Below are positions 48,548-62,404 of a DNA stretch of 64,000 bases, piece by piece. Numbering within the stretch: the stretch's first letter is position 1; each line of letters begins with the position of its first letter. This DNA comes from Alphaproteobacteria bacterium (lineage in GTDB: Bacteria > Pseudomonadota > Alphaproteobacteria > UBA828). Position numbers and translations under genes: made by a program. The stretch covers positions 1,760,001 through 1,824,000 of the forward strand of contig CBDEFM010000002.1 of NCBI GenBank assembly GCA_965237415.1, given 5' to 3'. Below the pieces are notes generated by a model. It was not told the origin of the DNA. It saw nothing but the letters and a program-made list of their open reading frames with translations, and did no database searches.

Positions 48548-49373
48548 GGTCGCCTTCGCTCGCGTCTGCGGCCGTGGCTTGTGACAAGCCGAGATAGTGC
48601 TCTCTCACCGCCGGGTTGCCGCGGAGCTCCGCCGCCGTGCCCTCCAGGACGACCTGGCCGCTGTCCAGGATATAGCCGTAACCGGCCACGCCGAGGGCCA
48701 TGTTGGCGTTCTGCTCGGCAAGCAGGAACGTAACCCCCTCCTCCTTGTTGAGCTGGCGGACCTCCGCGAAGATCCGGGCGAGCACCTGCGGCGCCAGGCC
48801 CATGGACGGCTCGTCCAGGAGGACCATGGTCGGCCGCGACATCAGCGCCCGGCCGATGGCGAGCATCTGCTGCTCCCCGCCCGAGATGAAGCCCGCGAGG
48901 ATGCGCCGCCGCTCGGCGAGCAGGGGGAAGTGTGCGTAGACCCGCTCGAGGTCGGCGCGTACCGCAGCCTTGCCGTCCTTCCTGGTATAGGAACCGGTCA
49001 GCAGGTTTTCGTGAACCGTGAGGTGGGGGAAGCAGCGCCTCCCCTCCATGACCTGGATGATGCCGCGGCGCACGAGGTCGCCCGGCGCGAGCCGGTCGAT
49101 GCGCTCGCCCCGGAAGTGGATCTCGCCCCCGGTGATGTCGCCGCGTTCGACGCGCAGCAGGTTGGAGATCGCCTTGAGCGTGGTGGTCTTGCCGGCGCCG
49201 TTGGGCCCCAGAAGGGCGACGATCGCGCCTTCGGGAACGGCGATGCTGACGCCGCGCAGGACCGAGATCACATGGTCGTAGACGACCTCGACCGAGTCGA
49301 GCCGCAGCAGAGCCTCGGGGGCGGCGGTCGTCTCGCCGCCGCCCCCGGCTGCATCCCCGGTTGGAACGCTCAC
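48537..49373 (-). CDS. ABC ATPase (LivF-like)
   Basis: GPNGAGKTT, SGGEQQM, DEPSMGLAP, AEQN. Confidence 0.92.
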   Translation of the reverse strand: MSVPTGDAAGGGGETTAAPEALLRLDSVEVVYDHVISVLRGVSIAVPEGAIVALLGPNGAGKTTTLKAISNLLRVERGDITGGEIHFRGERIDRLAPGDLVRRGIIQVMEGRRCFPHLTVHENLLTGSYTRKDGKAAVRADLERVYAHFPLLAERRRILAGFISGGEQQMLAIGRALMSRPTMVLLDEPSMGLAPQVLARIFAEVRQLNKEEGVTFLLAEQNANMALGVAGYGYILDSGQVVLEGTAAELRGNPAVREHYLGLSQATAADASEGDHAG

Positions 49374-50734
49374 ATTTCCTGCGAGCAGTCGCGCGGAGTG
49401 ATGTTGTTCTCCGCCGCGTACTTGGCGGCGTCCGCCTCGATCATCGGCCGCACGACTTCGCGCATGGGCTCGATCCAGTCGCTGACGATGTTCCAGGCCG
49501 AGCCGTCCCACTGCTGGATGAGTACGGGGCCGTTGCCCTCATGGTCCTCGCAGGTGATCTTCACCGGCGGGGTGAAGCCGGCAAGCCCGATCTCCGCCAA
49601 CCGCTCTTCCGTCAGGTCGAGGTTCTCCAAACCCCAGCGCACCTCGGCCCCGGTCATCGGCCGGTCGCCGTACTTGCCCATGGCGGTGCGGATGGCCTCG
49701 ACCGTGTAGAGGGCGTTGAGGAGTCCGCGGTTGTAGAGGACCTCGCCGAAATTCCTCGCCGCCGCCGCCGCCGCATCGCCGCCGTAGATGATTTGCAGGA
49801 TATGGTCATGAAGCGGGAAGCCGGCGCCCGGCGAGTGGAACCCGCCGCCGCGATAGCCGATGGCGTCGTCGCCGGCCGGCACGACGTCGGATTCGCTCGC
49901 CGACCACCAGACACCGATCAGTCGTTCCATGGGATAGGCGATCGCCGCGGCCTCCTTGATCGCAACCTGGTTCATCACGCCCCAGCCCCACAGGAACGTC
50001 CAGTCGGGCTTGATCTTGCGGATCTGCAGCCAGGTCGCCCGCTGCTCCTGCCCCGGGTGGTCGACCGGGAGCAGCTCCAGGGTATAGCCGAACTTCTCAG
50101 CCAGCACCTGGAGGGTCGGGATCGGCTCCTTGCCGTAGGGGCTGTTGTGGTAGATGAGGGCGATCGTCTTGCCCGCCAGTTGGTCCATGCCCCCCTCCTC
50201 GGCGCCGACGAACTTGACGAAGGCCGAGGCCTGGCTCCAGTAGGTGGTGGGGAAGGTGAAGGTCCACGGGAAGACGCGCCCGTCGGATGCCGCGGTCTGC
50301 CCGTAACCCATGGAGTGCACCGGAATCTGGTCCACCGGCGCCCTCGGGTTGAGCTGGTAGGTCACGCCGGTGGAGAAGGGCATGATCAGCGACGCCCCTG
50401 TCGACCCTTTGTTCTTAAGGCGCTCGTAGCACTCGACACCGGCCTTGGTGTCGTAGCGGTACTCGCACTCCTCGAAGGTGACCTTGACGCCGTTGATGCC
50501 GCCGTCGCGTTCGTTGACCAGCGTGTAGTAGTCCACAAAGCCGTTTGCTGCCGGGATGCCGTTAGGCGCATACGGCCCAGTCCGGTAAACGAGCAAGGGA
50601 ATGAACTGCTCGTCGGCCGCCTGAACCTCACCGCCCGTGAGGGTCATCGTGGCCGCCACCGAAAGACCGCCGGCGACCACCGCCGCGGCCAGAGCACCGC
50701 TCACACTGCGGCGCAAGACGTTCCTGAATTCCAT
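49370..50734 (-). CDS. Liv-type ABC substrate-binding protein
   Basis: Signal peptide, YRTGPYAPNG, INGVK, CEDHEG; RBS GGAGG. Confidence 0.92.
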   Translation of the reverse strand: MEFRNVLRRSVSGALAAAVVAGGLSVAATMTLTGGEVQAADEQFIPLLVYRTGPYAPNGIPAANGFVDYYTLVNERDGGINGVKVTFEECEYRYDTKAGVECYERLKNKGSTGASLIMPFSTGVTYQLNPRAPVDQIPVHSMGYGQTAASDGRVFPWTFTFPTTYWSQASAFVKFVGAEEGGMDQLAGKTIALIYHNSPYGKEPIPTLQVLAEKFGYTLELLPVDHPGQEQRATWLQIRKIKPDWTFLWGWGVMNQVAIKEAAAIAYPMERLIGVWWSASESDVVPAGDDAIGYRGGGFHSPGAGFPLHDHILQIIYGGDAAAAAARNFGEVLYNRGLLNALYTVEAIRTAMGKYGDRPMTGAEVRWGLENLDLTEERLAEIGLAGFTPPVKITCEDHEGNGPVLIQQWDGSAWNIVSDWIEPMREVVRPMIEADAAKYAAENNITPRDCSQEM

Positions 50735-51082
50735 GTCCTTACCTCCCGCGTCAGGACCAGGCGCGCCTGGAGGGCACGCCGCTCGTTCCGTATACAACCG
50801 TAGCACGGAGAAACGCCTGCTGCCACGCTGTCGGCCATGCCTCAGTCGACCTTATCGTCACTGTATGTAGCAAATAATTCGTCTGTACTCACGGCAAGGA
50901 CAGCGCCGCCGTTATCGAGGAAGGCGGCAACGGCCCCACTCCATGCAACGCCTCTCCTGCGCGTCTCGATTTTCGTCGACGTCGACGGTCATCGGTAGTC
51001 GGCCGCAGGGCAGCCGGCCACCCTCATGACCGAACGATGCATGGACCCTTCGGGCAACGAGGCATGGACCGCTCACGACAAC

Positions 51083-51150
51083 GGGGCGCGCGCCTTTCGG
51101 CCCGCGCCCCGCTCTCTTAAACTTGAGCCGCGAGGCGGTCTCGCGGCCTC
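51083..51150 (-). terminator. Two GC hairpins downstream of the Hsp20 gene
   Basis: GCCGCGAG-N5-CTCGCGGC and GGGGCGCG...CGCGCCCC inverted repeats. Confidence 0.5.
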
Positions 51151-51156
51151 GGCCCG

Positions 51157-51609
51157 TCAGGCCGCCTTCTGGTTGAGCCGCTTCTGATCGCCGGTTTCGA
51201 TGGCGATCTTGCGCGCCTTCAGCGCCTCGGGAAGCTCGCGCACCAGGTCGATGTGGAGCATCCCCTTGTCGAGCGCCGCGCCCGTGACCTGGATGTGATC
51301 GGCAAGGTTGAAGCGCCGCTCGAAGGTGCGGGCGGCGATCCCCCGATGGAGATAGCTCTCGTTCGCGCCGTTCTCCTTGGCGAGCTTGCCCGCCACGGTG
51401 AGCAGGTTCTCCTTCACCTCGATCGCGATCTCGTCCTCGCCGAAGCCGGCGACGGCGAGGGTCACGCGGTAGGCGTTCTCACCCATCTTCTGGATGTTGT
51501 AGGGCGGATAGGTAGGGGCCGTCTCGCTCGGCATCTGCTCGAGCATCCGGGCCATCCGGTCGAAACCGACTGTGGTGCTGAAGAGCGGGGAAAGATCGAA
51601 TGCACGCAT
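51157..51609 (-). CDS. ibpA: Small heat-shock protein (Hsp20/IbpA family)
   Basis: YPPYNI, LAVAGF, YLHRGIAARTFERRF, GMLHIDL. Confidence 0.93.
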   Translation of the reverse strand: MRAFDLSPLFSTTVGFDRMARMLEQMPSETAPTYPPYNIQKMGENAYRVTLAVAGFGEDEIAIEVKENLLTVAGKLAKENGANESYLHRGIAARTFERRFNLADHIQVTGAALDKGMLHIDLVRELPEALKARKIAIETGDQKRLNQKAA

Positions 51610-51700
51610 GGTGTGACTCCTTTCTCAAGCAAGTCCATCTGTGGTCCGCCGTTCCGGCCGGACCGGTTCCAAACCCTGCCGGGGGCCCATCCTGCGGCAC
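51610..51700 (-). promoter_or_regulatory. ROSE-like RNA thermometer
   Basis: GACUUGCUUGAGAAAGGAGUC: UUGCU pairs over the AGGA SD just before the sHsp ATG; further upstream stems. Confidence 0.7.
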
Positions 51701-51718
51701 CCCCCTCGGGCATCCGTG

Positions 51719-51747
51719 ACGTGGCGATGCCGGAACCTGATTTCAAG
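51719..51747 (-). promoter_or_regulatory. RpoH (sigma32)-type promoter
   Basis: CTTGAA-N17-CCACGT upstream of the sHsp gene. Confidence 0.6.
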
Positions 51748-51806
51748 GGCCGGCGGATGAGGGCGGCGCTGGACCTGCGGGCGGTGCTGCGCCACCGTGG
51801 CGCGCC

Positions 51807-52760
51807 ATGACGCAACCCACGGCCCCGCGCGGCGTCTCCACGCCCGGCATCTCGACGCCCGGCGTCCACGCCGCGGTGTTCGTCGCCATGTTCCTCATCT
51901 CGTTCAGCTATCCGGTGGGCGAGGCCATCGCCAACGAGCTGGACACCGGCGTGCTGCTGTTCCTGCGCTTCGTGCTGGCCATGGCGATCTTCGGGCCGCT
52001 GGTCGCCTGGCGCCACGGCCTCTCCTGGCCGGGCTGGCGGGCGCTCGCCGGCTATGCGGCGATCAGCGCGTCGCTGGTCGCGTTCTTCTGGTGCATGTTC
52101 TACGGCCTGCGCACCACCAGCGCGCTCAACACCGGCGCCATCTCGACCCTGATACCCGGACTCACGGCCATCGGCGGCGCAATCCTCGTCGGCGAGCGAC
52201 TGGGCTGGCACCGCCTCGCGGCCCTCGGCATCGGCCTGGTCGGTGCGCTCTGGGTGGTGTTTCGCGGCGATTGGGACCGCTTCACAGCCCTCGATCTCAA
52301 CGAGGGCGACCTGATCGTCTTCGCGGGCTGCATCGCGATGGGCTTTTACAGCCCGCTCGTCAAGCGCTTCCACAGAGGCGAGCCGGTGATGGTCATGACC
52401 TTCTGGGTGGTGGCCATCAACGCGGTGTGGTTCCTCGTGCTCGCCAACAGCGCGCTATGGACCATGGAATGGGGCGATGTCCCGCCCTTCGCCTATGGCG
52501 GAATTGCCAGTATCGCGGTCCTCTCGACCGTCATTTCCTTCTTCCTGATACAATGGACCACCATCAGGCTCGGCCCGACCCGCGTCCAGTCCTACAGCTA
52601 CCTTCTGCCGGCCTTCGTGCTCGCGATCGACTGGGCCTTCGGAAAAGGCCTGCCGTCCGCGCTCACAATCCCCGGCATCCTGATCGTGCTGGCCGCGAGT
52701 CTGGTGATTCAGCGCGGCGAGGTCTTCGCGGGCCGCTCAGCGGACGGCGCGCGCTCCTGA
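51807..52760 (+). CDS. EamA/DMT transporter
   Basis: About ten TM helices, GLRTTSALN, LVGERL, RLGPTR. Confidence 0.88.
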   Translation: MTQPTAPRGVSTPGISTPGVHAAVFVAMFLISFSYPVGEAIANELDTGVLLFLRFVLAMAIFGPLVAWRHGLSWPGWRALAGYAAISASLVAFFWCMFYGLRTTSALNTGAISTLIPGLTAIGGAILVGERLGWHRLAALGIGLVGALWVVFRGDWDRFTALDLNEGDLIVFAGCIAMGFYSPLVKRFHRGEPVMVMTFWVVAINAVWFLVLANSALWTMEWGDVPPFAYGGIASIAVLSTVISFFLIQWTTIRLGPTRVQSYSYLLPAFVLAIDWAFGKGLPSALTIPGILIVLAASLVIQRGEVFAGRSADGARS

Positions 52761-52769
52761 CTCCGCCGA

Positions 52770-53960
52770 TCAGCCGCGCTCGATGCTGAAGAGGCCGGCC
52801 GTTACGGCGAGGCCGATCGCTGGGCAAATCAGCATGCACCACCACGCGGCCTCCCAGCCGCCGAAGCCGCCGACCACCACTGCCATGAGCGGCGGCCCCA
52901 CCAGCATGCCGATGGCAGCCCCCTGGGCCATGAAGCCGTTGGCCATGGCCACGAGGTCGGGCTTGGGCGCATGCACCGCCGCGCCGGCGTACGCCGCCGC
53001 AGGCAGGATGCCGCTGCCGGTGCTGAAAATGATCGCGAGTGGGATCTTGGCACCGTCCGGCACAAAGCCCGCGAGGATCAACATGCCCGTCACGGCCATG
53101 ATGACGTTCGCCGCCCCCACCAGGGCGTAGCGCGGCACACCCTTTTGCATCAGCCAGCCGCCGATCAGGTTGCCGGTGGCGTTCATGCCCACCACGAGCG
53201 CCGAGAAGAGCGCGGCCCCGATGGGCCCGCGGCCCTGCGTTTCGATCAGGAAGGTCGGCAGCCACGCGGCGACCGCGAACCACTGGATGGTGAACAGTAG
53301 GAACGCCCCGCCATAGAGCCACAGCGCGCCAACCGGCAGCGTCGCCCGCGCGCCGGCCCAATCGAACCCCGCGTGCGCGTCGCGGCTTGGTTGCTCGGGC
53401 CAGCGCCGTCGCGTCGTGCCGACCGCCGCAAACACCGCCGCAATCAGCGCTGCCCCGGCGCAGAGCCACCAGAGGCTGCGCCAGCCCAAAGGCTCGGCGA
53501 GGAAGGGCGCCACCACCATGGCGAGCGCCATCCCCGCCGGCATGTAGGCGCTCCAGATTCCCAGTGCGAGGTTCCGGTCCTCGGGTCGCGTGGCATCGAG
53601 GGTGATCTTCGGCGCCGAGGCCGTGATGGCGGCGAAGCTGATACCTTCGAAGACGCGCACCGCGAGCAGCATGCCGGCGCCGGTCGCGAACGCGCCGGCG
53701 ATACCGCTCAGGACGAGAACGAGAGCGCCGGTGAGCAGGAGCGCGCGGGCGCCGACGCGCCCCCCGGCCAACCCAGTCAAAACACCGAAGGCTGCCCCGT
53801 AAGCGAAGAAGATGGAGGCGAGCCAGCCGGCGGTCACCTTGTCGAGCCCGAACTCGTCGGAGACAAGCCCGATGGTCGGCGGCACCTTGCCGACGGCGTA
53901 GCCGACGACGACGCCCGCCATGATGGCAACCGCGACGACGCTCCACCGGGTCCGCGTCAC
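52770..53960 (-). CDS. MFS transporter (CynX-like)
   Basis: About twelve TM helices, GGRVGAR, VRVFEG, WLPTFL; GTG 53960. Confidence 0.85.
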   Translation of the reverse strand: MTRTRWSVVAVAIMAGVVVGYAVGKVPPTIGLVSDEFGLDKVTAGWLASIFFAYGAAFGVLTGLAGGRVGARALLLTGALVLVLSGIAGAFATGAGMLLAVRVFEGISFAAITASAPKITLDATRPEDRNLALGIWSAYMPAGMALAMVVAPFLAEPLGWRSLWWLCAGAALIAAVFAAVGTTRRRWPEQPSRDAHAGFDWAGARATLPVGALWLYGGAFLLFTIQWFAVAAWLPTFLIETQGRGPIGAALFSALVVGMNATGNLIGGWLMQKGVPRYALVGAANVIMAVTGMLILAGFVPDGAKIPLAIIFSTGSGILPAAAYAGAAVHAPKPDLVAMANGFMAQGAAIGMLVGPPLMAVVVGGFGGWEAAWWCMLICPAIGLAVTAGLFSIERG

Positions 53961-54006
53961 GTGGGCGCCTGCCTCGATTTCGTCCACGCCTGCCAAGCGG
54001 TCTAGC

Positions 54007-54414
54007 CTAGCGCCAGGGGCCGCAGGCGGAGAGCGCCTGCGTGTCCTCGTAAGCGTCCCAGACGGCGATCTTGCCGCCCTGCACGGTGAAGACCCAGCAC
54101 CACTTCGCGCGGTAGTGCTTGCCGCTGATCTTGGAGGACCCCGCCTCTTCGCCGTTGACGGAGACGGTGTCGCCCTCTGCGACCCAGGTCTTGATGACAT
54201 GCTCGTGCATGGCGAGCGCCGCCGGCATGACCCGGAAGTAGTCCTCGATGGCGGCCTTGCCCTGCCACCGGCCCGCCCAGGGGAGATCGTCGCCGCCCGG
54301 CATGTCGATCGCCGCGTCGTCGGTGAACATGGCCACAATGGTGGCAGCGTCGCCGCCCGCGAGCTGGTCGAGGAACCCCTTGACGACGTCTCGTGCAGAC
54401 ATGGGCGTAGACAT
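54007..54414 (-). CDS. NTF2/SnoaL-like protein
   Basis: LPWAGRWQGKAAIEDYF...FTVQGGKI...YEDT. Confidence 0.85.
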   Translation of the reverse strand: MSTPMSARDVVKGFLDQLAGGDAATIVAMFTDDAAIDMPGGDDLPWAGRWQGKAAIEDYFRVMPAALAMHEHVIKTWVAEGDTVSVNGEEAGSSKISGKHYRAKWCWVFTVQGGKIAVWDAYEDTQALSACGPWR

Positions 54415-54669
54415 GGGCGTTGCTCCATCGGCGCGGAAACGGAGGACCGCGCACGCGGACACCAATCGGTCTATCTCATAGCACCTTGGGGGGGTCGATG
54501 GCGATGCACCGTGCCCACCCCGTCGCGTCGAATGCACGGTCGCTCGACGCGGGCATGGCCTTGCCTCCGAACGGCGGCTGCGTGGAGGATGTCGGACGCG
54601 ACGATCATCTAAGGAGGCATAGCAATCGGCGTAGCGGCACCGCCATCGCCGCCGACGCTCGGCCCGACG

Positions 54670-55839
54670 ATGAAACCGCAACGTCCCCATCACCCGGCGG
54701 TTCTGGCCGTTGCGGGCCTGCTTTCGCTGGCGGTCGGCATCGGGATCGGACGCTTCGCCTATACGCCGATCCTGCCCTACATGATCGCCGGTCTCGAGCT
54801 CGACCGATCGCAAGCGGGCCTGATCGCGTCCGCCAACTACCTCGGTTACTTCGTGGGCGCCCTGGCCGCGGCCTGGCGGGCCGTGCCCGGCGACCCTCGC
54901 TTCTGGCTGCTGGGCGCGCTGGCGCTGAGCGGGCTCAGCACCGGCGCCATGGCGCTCACGACGAGCCTGGGTGCTTTCCTGCTCCTGCGCTTCGTCGGCG
55001 GCGCCGCCGGCGCGCTGGTGATGGTGCTCGCGTCTTCCCTGGTGATGGACCGGCTCGCCGCCGCCGGTCGAGATGGATGGGCGGCGGTGATGTATGCGGG
55101 GGTCGGGAGCGGCATCGCGATCTCGTCCCTGGCGGTCCCGGCGGCAGCATCCGGAGACAGCGACTGGCAAAGCCCGTGGTTCTTCTGCGGCGCACTCTGC
55201 CTTGCGCTTTCGATCCCGGTCGCGGTGCTGTTGCCGAGACCGCAAGGTCCGGCGACGGCGGCGGCGCGTACCGAGACCCACAAGAGGAGAGCCGGCCTGC
55301 TCCGCTTGATCCTCGCCTACGGGCTGGTTGGCTTCGGCTACGTCATCACCGCCACCTTCGTCGCCGACATGGTGCGCGCCGATCCCGTGCTGCAACCGGC
55401 GGAGCACCTGGTCTGGCTCTGCGTCGGCCTGACGGCGGCGCCCTCCGTGGCGCTCTGGGGCTGGGCCGGGCGGCGCTGGGGCAATGCGCGCGCCTTCGCG
55501 ATCGGCTGCCTGATCGAGGCGGCGGGCGTGGCGCTCAGCGTGCTGGGCGGCGGCATTTGGCCGATCATGCTTGCGGCCGGGCTGCTCGGCGGGACCTTCG
55601 TGGGGTTGACCGCGATCGGCCTCATCGAGATCCGCCACTTGTCGGCCGGCGACCCGCGCCGCAATCTGGCTCTGATGACCGCGGCCTGGGGGCTGGGCCA
55701 GATGGTGGGGCCGACGCTCGCCGGCGTGATCTTCGATTCGCTCGGCAGCTACCTGGTACCGTCGTTGCTGGCCGCAGCCGCGCTCGTTGTTGCCGCTGCG
55801 CTCGCCGCGAGCGTGACGGGGCGCAAAAGCGCCGCGTGA
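54670..55839 (+). CDS. YbfB/YjiJ-family MFS transporter
   Basis: GIGRFAYTPILP, ASANYLGY, GFGYVITATF. Confidence 0.9.
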   Translation: MKPQRPHHPAVLAVAGLLSLAVGIGIGRFAYTPILPYMIAGLELDRSQAGLIASANYLGYFVGALAAAWRAVPGDPRFWLLGALALSGLSTGAMALTTSLGAFLLLRFVGGAAGALVMVLASSLVMDRLAAAGRDGWAAVMYAGVGSGIAISSLAVPAAASGDSDWQSPWFFCGALCLALSIPVAVLLPRPQGPATAAARTETHKRRAGLLRLILAYGLVGFGYVITATFVADMVRADPVLQPAEHLVWLCVGLTAAPSVALWGWAGRRWGNARAFAIGCLIEAAGVALSVLGGGIWPIMLAAGLLGGTFVGLTAIGLIEIRHLSAGDPRRNLALMTAAWGLGQMVGPTLAGVIFDSLGSYLVPSLLAAAALVVAAALAASVTGRKSAA

Positions 55840-55975
55840 CCGCTCTGCCGTCGGGCCAAAACGACTGGACGGATCGTCGAATTGCTGGCTTGCTTGACGC
55901 TGGTGCGCCCGACGCCCGGCAAGGAGCGAAGGGCGGCCTCGACGGCGTTCGATACCGACGAGAAGGACAAACCCC

Positions 55976-57304
55976 GTGGCCCTTAGCGACGCGCGTGGCG
56001 TGCCGACATCGGCAACCAATCCCAAGAGCCTGGAGATTCTGGAGACGGCGATACGCCAGTTCCAGAGTTATCGGGGCGACGCCGTCGAGACCATCGACCG
56101 GGCGCTGGCCGACGACCCGGACTTCGTCGCCGGCCACATTTTCCGGACCGAGCTGCACACCATGCTGTGGGAGAAGAGCGTGCTGCCCGAGGTCGAGGCA
56201 GGCCTCGGCCGCCTCAAGGCCCTCGCGGGCAAGGCCACGGAGCGCGAACGGGCCCACATTGCGGCAATCGCGGCCTGGGCCGCGGGCGACTGGGAAGGGA
56301 TGTCGGCACGGCTCGACCGGGTCGTCGCCGACGAGCCGCGCGATGTGGTGGCCCTCCAGGTCGGCCATCTCTCCGACTTCTTCCAGGGCGACCGGAACAA
56401 TCTGCGCGGCCGCGTCGCCCGCGCGCTCCCGGCCTACAGTCGGGAGGACCCGGGATACGGCTTCCTGCTCGGCATGGCCGCCTTCGGCCTGGAGGAATGC
56501 GGCGACTACGGCGCGGCGGAGGAAAGCGGCCGGCAGGCGCTCGCACTGGAGCCGGACGACTGCTGGGCGCAGCATGCGCTCTGCCACGTGATGGAGATGC
56601 AGGCACGGCAGGACGAAGGCATCGCCTTCATGGAAGGGCGTCAGGCTCACTGGGCGCAGGACGACAATACATTCGCCTTCCACAACTGGTGGCACGTCTC
56701 GCTCTTCAATCTCGACAACGACCGCTACGACCGGGTGCTCGAGATTTACGACACGGCGCTCCGGCCCGAGCCCTCGGAGGTCCAGCTCGAGATGCTCGAT
56801 GCCGCCGCGCTGCTCTGGCGCCTCCACCTGCGCGGGGTCGATACGGGCGACCGCTTCGCTAAGCTGGCCGCGACCTACGAGGCGATTGCGGAGCACGCCT
56901 TCTACGCCTTCAACGACATGCACGCGATGATGGCCTACGTCGCGGCCGGGCGCGACAACGCAGCGCAAGCATTGGAAGGCGCGGCGGTAGCGGAGGCGGA
57001 GGGCACGGGCACCAACGCCCGCATGACCCGCGACGTGGGCCTCCCAATCGTGCGCGCGATCCGCGCCTTCGGCGCCGGGCGCTATGGCGAGACGGTAGAC
57101 CTGCTGATGCCCGTGCGCTACCGCGCCCAAATCTTCGGCGGCAGCCACGCCCAGCGCGACATCGTCCACCGCACACTGATCGAGGCCGCGCTTCGCGATG
57201 GCCAGCACGGCCTCGCGCAGGCGCTCGCGAACGAGCGCATTGCATTGAAACCCGATTGCCCCTTCAGCCGTTCGCTCAGGGAGCGGGCCAAAACGATGCA
57301 GTAG
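55976..57304 (+). CDS. Tetratricopeptide-repeat protein (TTC38-like)
   Basis: AFGLEECG, WAQHALCHV, HNWWH, GGSHAQRD. Confidence 0.85.
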   Translation: MALSDARGVPTSATNPKSLEILETAIRQFQSYRGDAVETIDRALADDPDFVAGHIFRTELHTMLWEKSVLPEVEAGLGRLKALAGKATERERAHIAAIAAWAAGDWEGMSARLDRVVADEPRDVVALQVGHLSDFFQGDRNNLRGRVARALPAYSREDPGYGFLLGMAAFGLEECGDYGAAEESGRQALALEPDDCWAQHALCHVMEMQARQDEGIAFMEGRQAHWAQDDNTFAFHNWWHVSLFNLDNDRYDRVLEIYDTALRPEPSEVQLEMLDAAALLWRLHLRGVDTGDRFAKLAATYEAIAEHAFYAFNDMHAMMAYVAAGRDNAAQALEGAAVAEAEGTGTNARMTRDVGLPIVRAIRAFGAGRYGETVDLLMPVRYRAQIFGGSHAQRDIVHRTLIEAALRDGQHGLAQALANERIALKPDCPFSRSLRERAKTMQ

Positions 57305-57326
57305 GAGAACGCGGGCGGCGCGCCGG

Positions 57327-58052
57327 TCAATCCGGCCGGCCGCTCCGCCCGTGGGTGTAACGCCAGGCGTAGGCGCCGAGCGCCATGCCGATGAGCGGGC
57401 CGGCGACGTAGATCCAGTAGTGCGTGAAGTCGCCCATGGCGACATAAGGACCCAAGGCACGCGCGGGGTTCATCGCGGCGCCTGCGACCGGGCCCATCAG
57501 CATCACCTCGATGCCCACCACCGCACCCACCGCCACGCCCGCAAAGGGGCCGTGCGCGCGTTTGTCGAGGCCGACGCCGGCCACCACCCACATCAGCAGG
57601 AACGACACGAAGAGCTCGATCGGGAACGCCGTCAGCGGCGTGATGCCGACGGCCGCGTTGGGCAGATTGGCCCCCATCGCGCCGAAATCGCCGAGCGCCC
57701 AGTAGAGGCACATCCCCGCCAGCACGGAGCCTGCAAGCTGGGCCAGCGCGTAGCCGGGGACGAGGCGCCAGTCGAGATGGCCGATCAGCGCCGCCGCGAA
57801 GGAGAGCGCCGGATTGACGTGGGCGCCCGAGACGTGACCGAAGGCATAGATGACGACCGTGATGATCAGGCCCGAGATCAGGCCGGAGCCGATGGCGCCG
57901 AGGGTGCCGCCCATCTTGGCGTCGACCACCACGGCGCCGGCGGCGAAGAAGACGAGCGAAAAGGTGCCGATGAACTCGCAGCAGTAGCGGCGCAGATCAT
58001 CGGAGCCTGCGGCCGGCAGGAACCGCCGACTCGGCGAGGGCTGTTCCGTCAT
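57327..58052 (-). CDS. Aquaporin/MIP channel
   Basis: SGAHVNPA and AMNPAR. Confidence 0.93.
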   Translation of the reverse strand: MTEQPSPSRRFLPAAGSDDLRRYCCEFIGTFSLVFFAAGAVVVDAKMGGTLGAIGSGLISGLIITVVIYAFGHVSGAHVNPALSFAAALIGHLDWRLVPGYALAQLAGSVLAGMCLYWALGDFGAMGANLPNAAVGITPLTAFPIELFVSFLLMWVVAGVGLDKRAHGPFAGVAVGAVVGIEVMLMGPVAGAAMNPARALGPYVAMGDFTHYWIYVAGPLIGMALGAYAWRYTHGRSGRPD

Positions 58053-58130
58053 CCGACGGGAGAATAGCCGGTATTGCAGCCCCGCCAATCGACCGTGCCG
58101 GGGCTGCGACAGTAAACCGGCGCCTGACGC

Positions 58131-60785
<2,655 letters not shown>

Positions 60786-60913
60786 GGGGCGGCCCTGCAC
60801 GGTTACCCGGGCGGCGGTCGGCCCGGCGCTTGGATGCGTGCTACTTAGTGCGCCTCAGGCGGGCTGTCCAGATTGGTGCGCCTCCGCGCCCGCCTGCCCC
60901 GGCCTTGAGCGGC

Positions 60914-61996
<1,083 letters not shown>

Positions 61997-62054
61997 GTTC
62001 GCCTCCTTATTCCACACGGGCCGAACCGATGCAATGCGACCCGAGAAGGCACTT

Positions 62055-62069
62055 GTACCCTATTTGTTC
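62055..62069 (-). promoter_or_regulatory. Alphaproteobacterial LexA (SOS) box
   Basis: GAAC-N7-GTAC upstream of recA. Confidence 0.75.
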
Positions 62070-62142
62070 TTACCCTGCAACCCCTCATTTCATCGCCGCC
62101 CGCGCGTGGCCGCGCTATGATGGGCACGGCTTCCCGCCGATC

Positions 62143-62219
62143 GGGCCCGTAGTTCAATTGGTTAGAACCCGCCGCTCATAACGGCGTTGTTGCAGGTTCG
62201 AGTCCTGCCGGGCCCACCA
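62143..62219 (+). tRNA. tRNA with CAT anticodon, most likely tRNA-Ile2 (lysidine type) rather than Met
   Basis: GGGCCCG/CGGGCCC acceptor stem, CTCATAA loop, GGTTCGAGTCC T-arm, encoded ACCA. Confidence 0.92.
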
Positions 62220-62404
62220 ACTCCCGACCGACGGTGCAAATCGCCGCAAAACCGTCTATGCACCACGGCTGACGAGAGCGGAGAGGAACCGGGCCGCAGG
62301 CCCGGACGGCGCGACCGCGCGTCGCACGGGTACGCGCGCGGGGGCACGCGATGCGAACGGAGTGAACGCCCGGCGACTGAGGGATTGGAATAAGAGGACT
62401 ATCG

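Noticed and set aside
54397-54421. 12-bp direct repeat AGACATGGGCGT at the start of the NTF2-like gene
   Set aside because: Simple local duplication giving two alternative ATGs; no element between the copies.
62143-62400. tRNA as an integration site for an island
   Set aside because: No integrase and no duplicated tRNA 3' end seen; flanked by core genes recA and gor.
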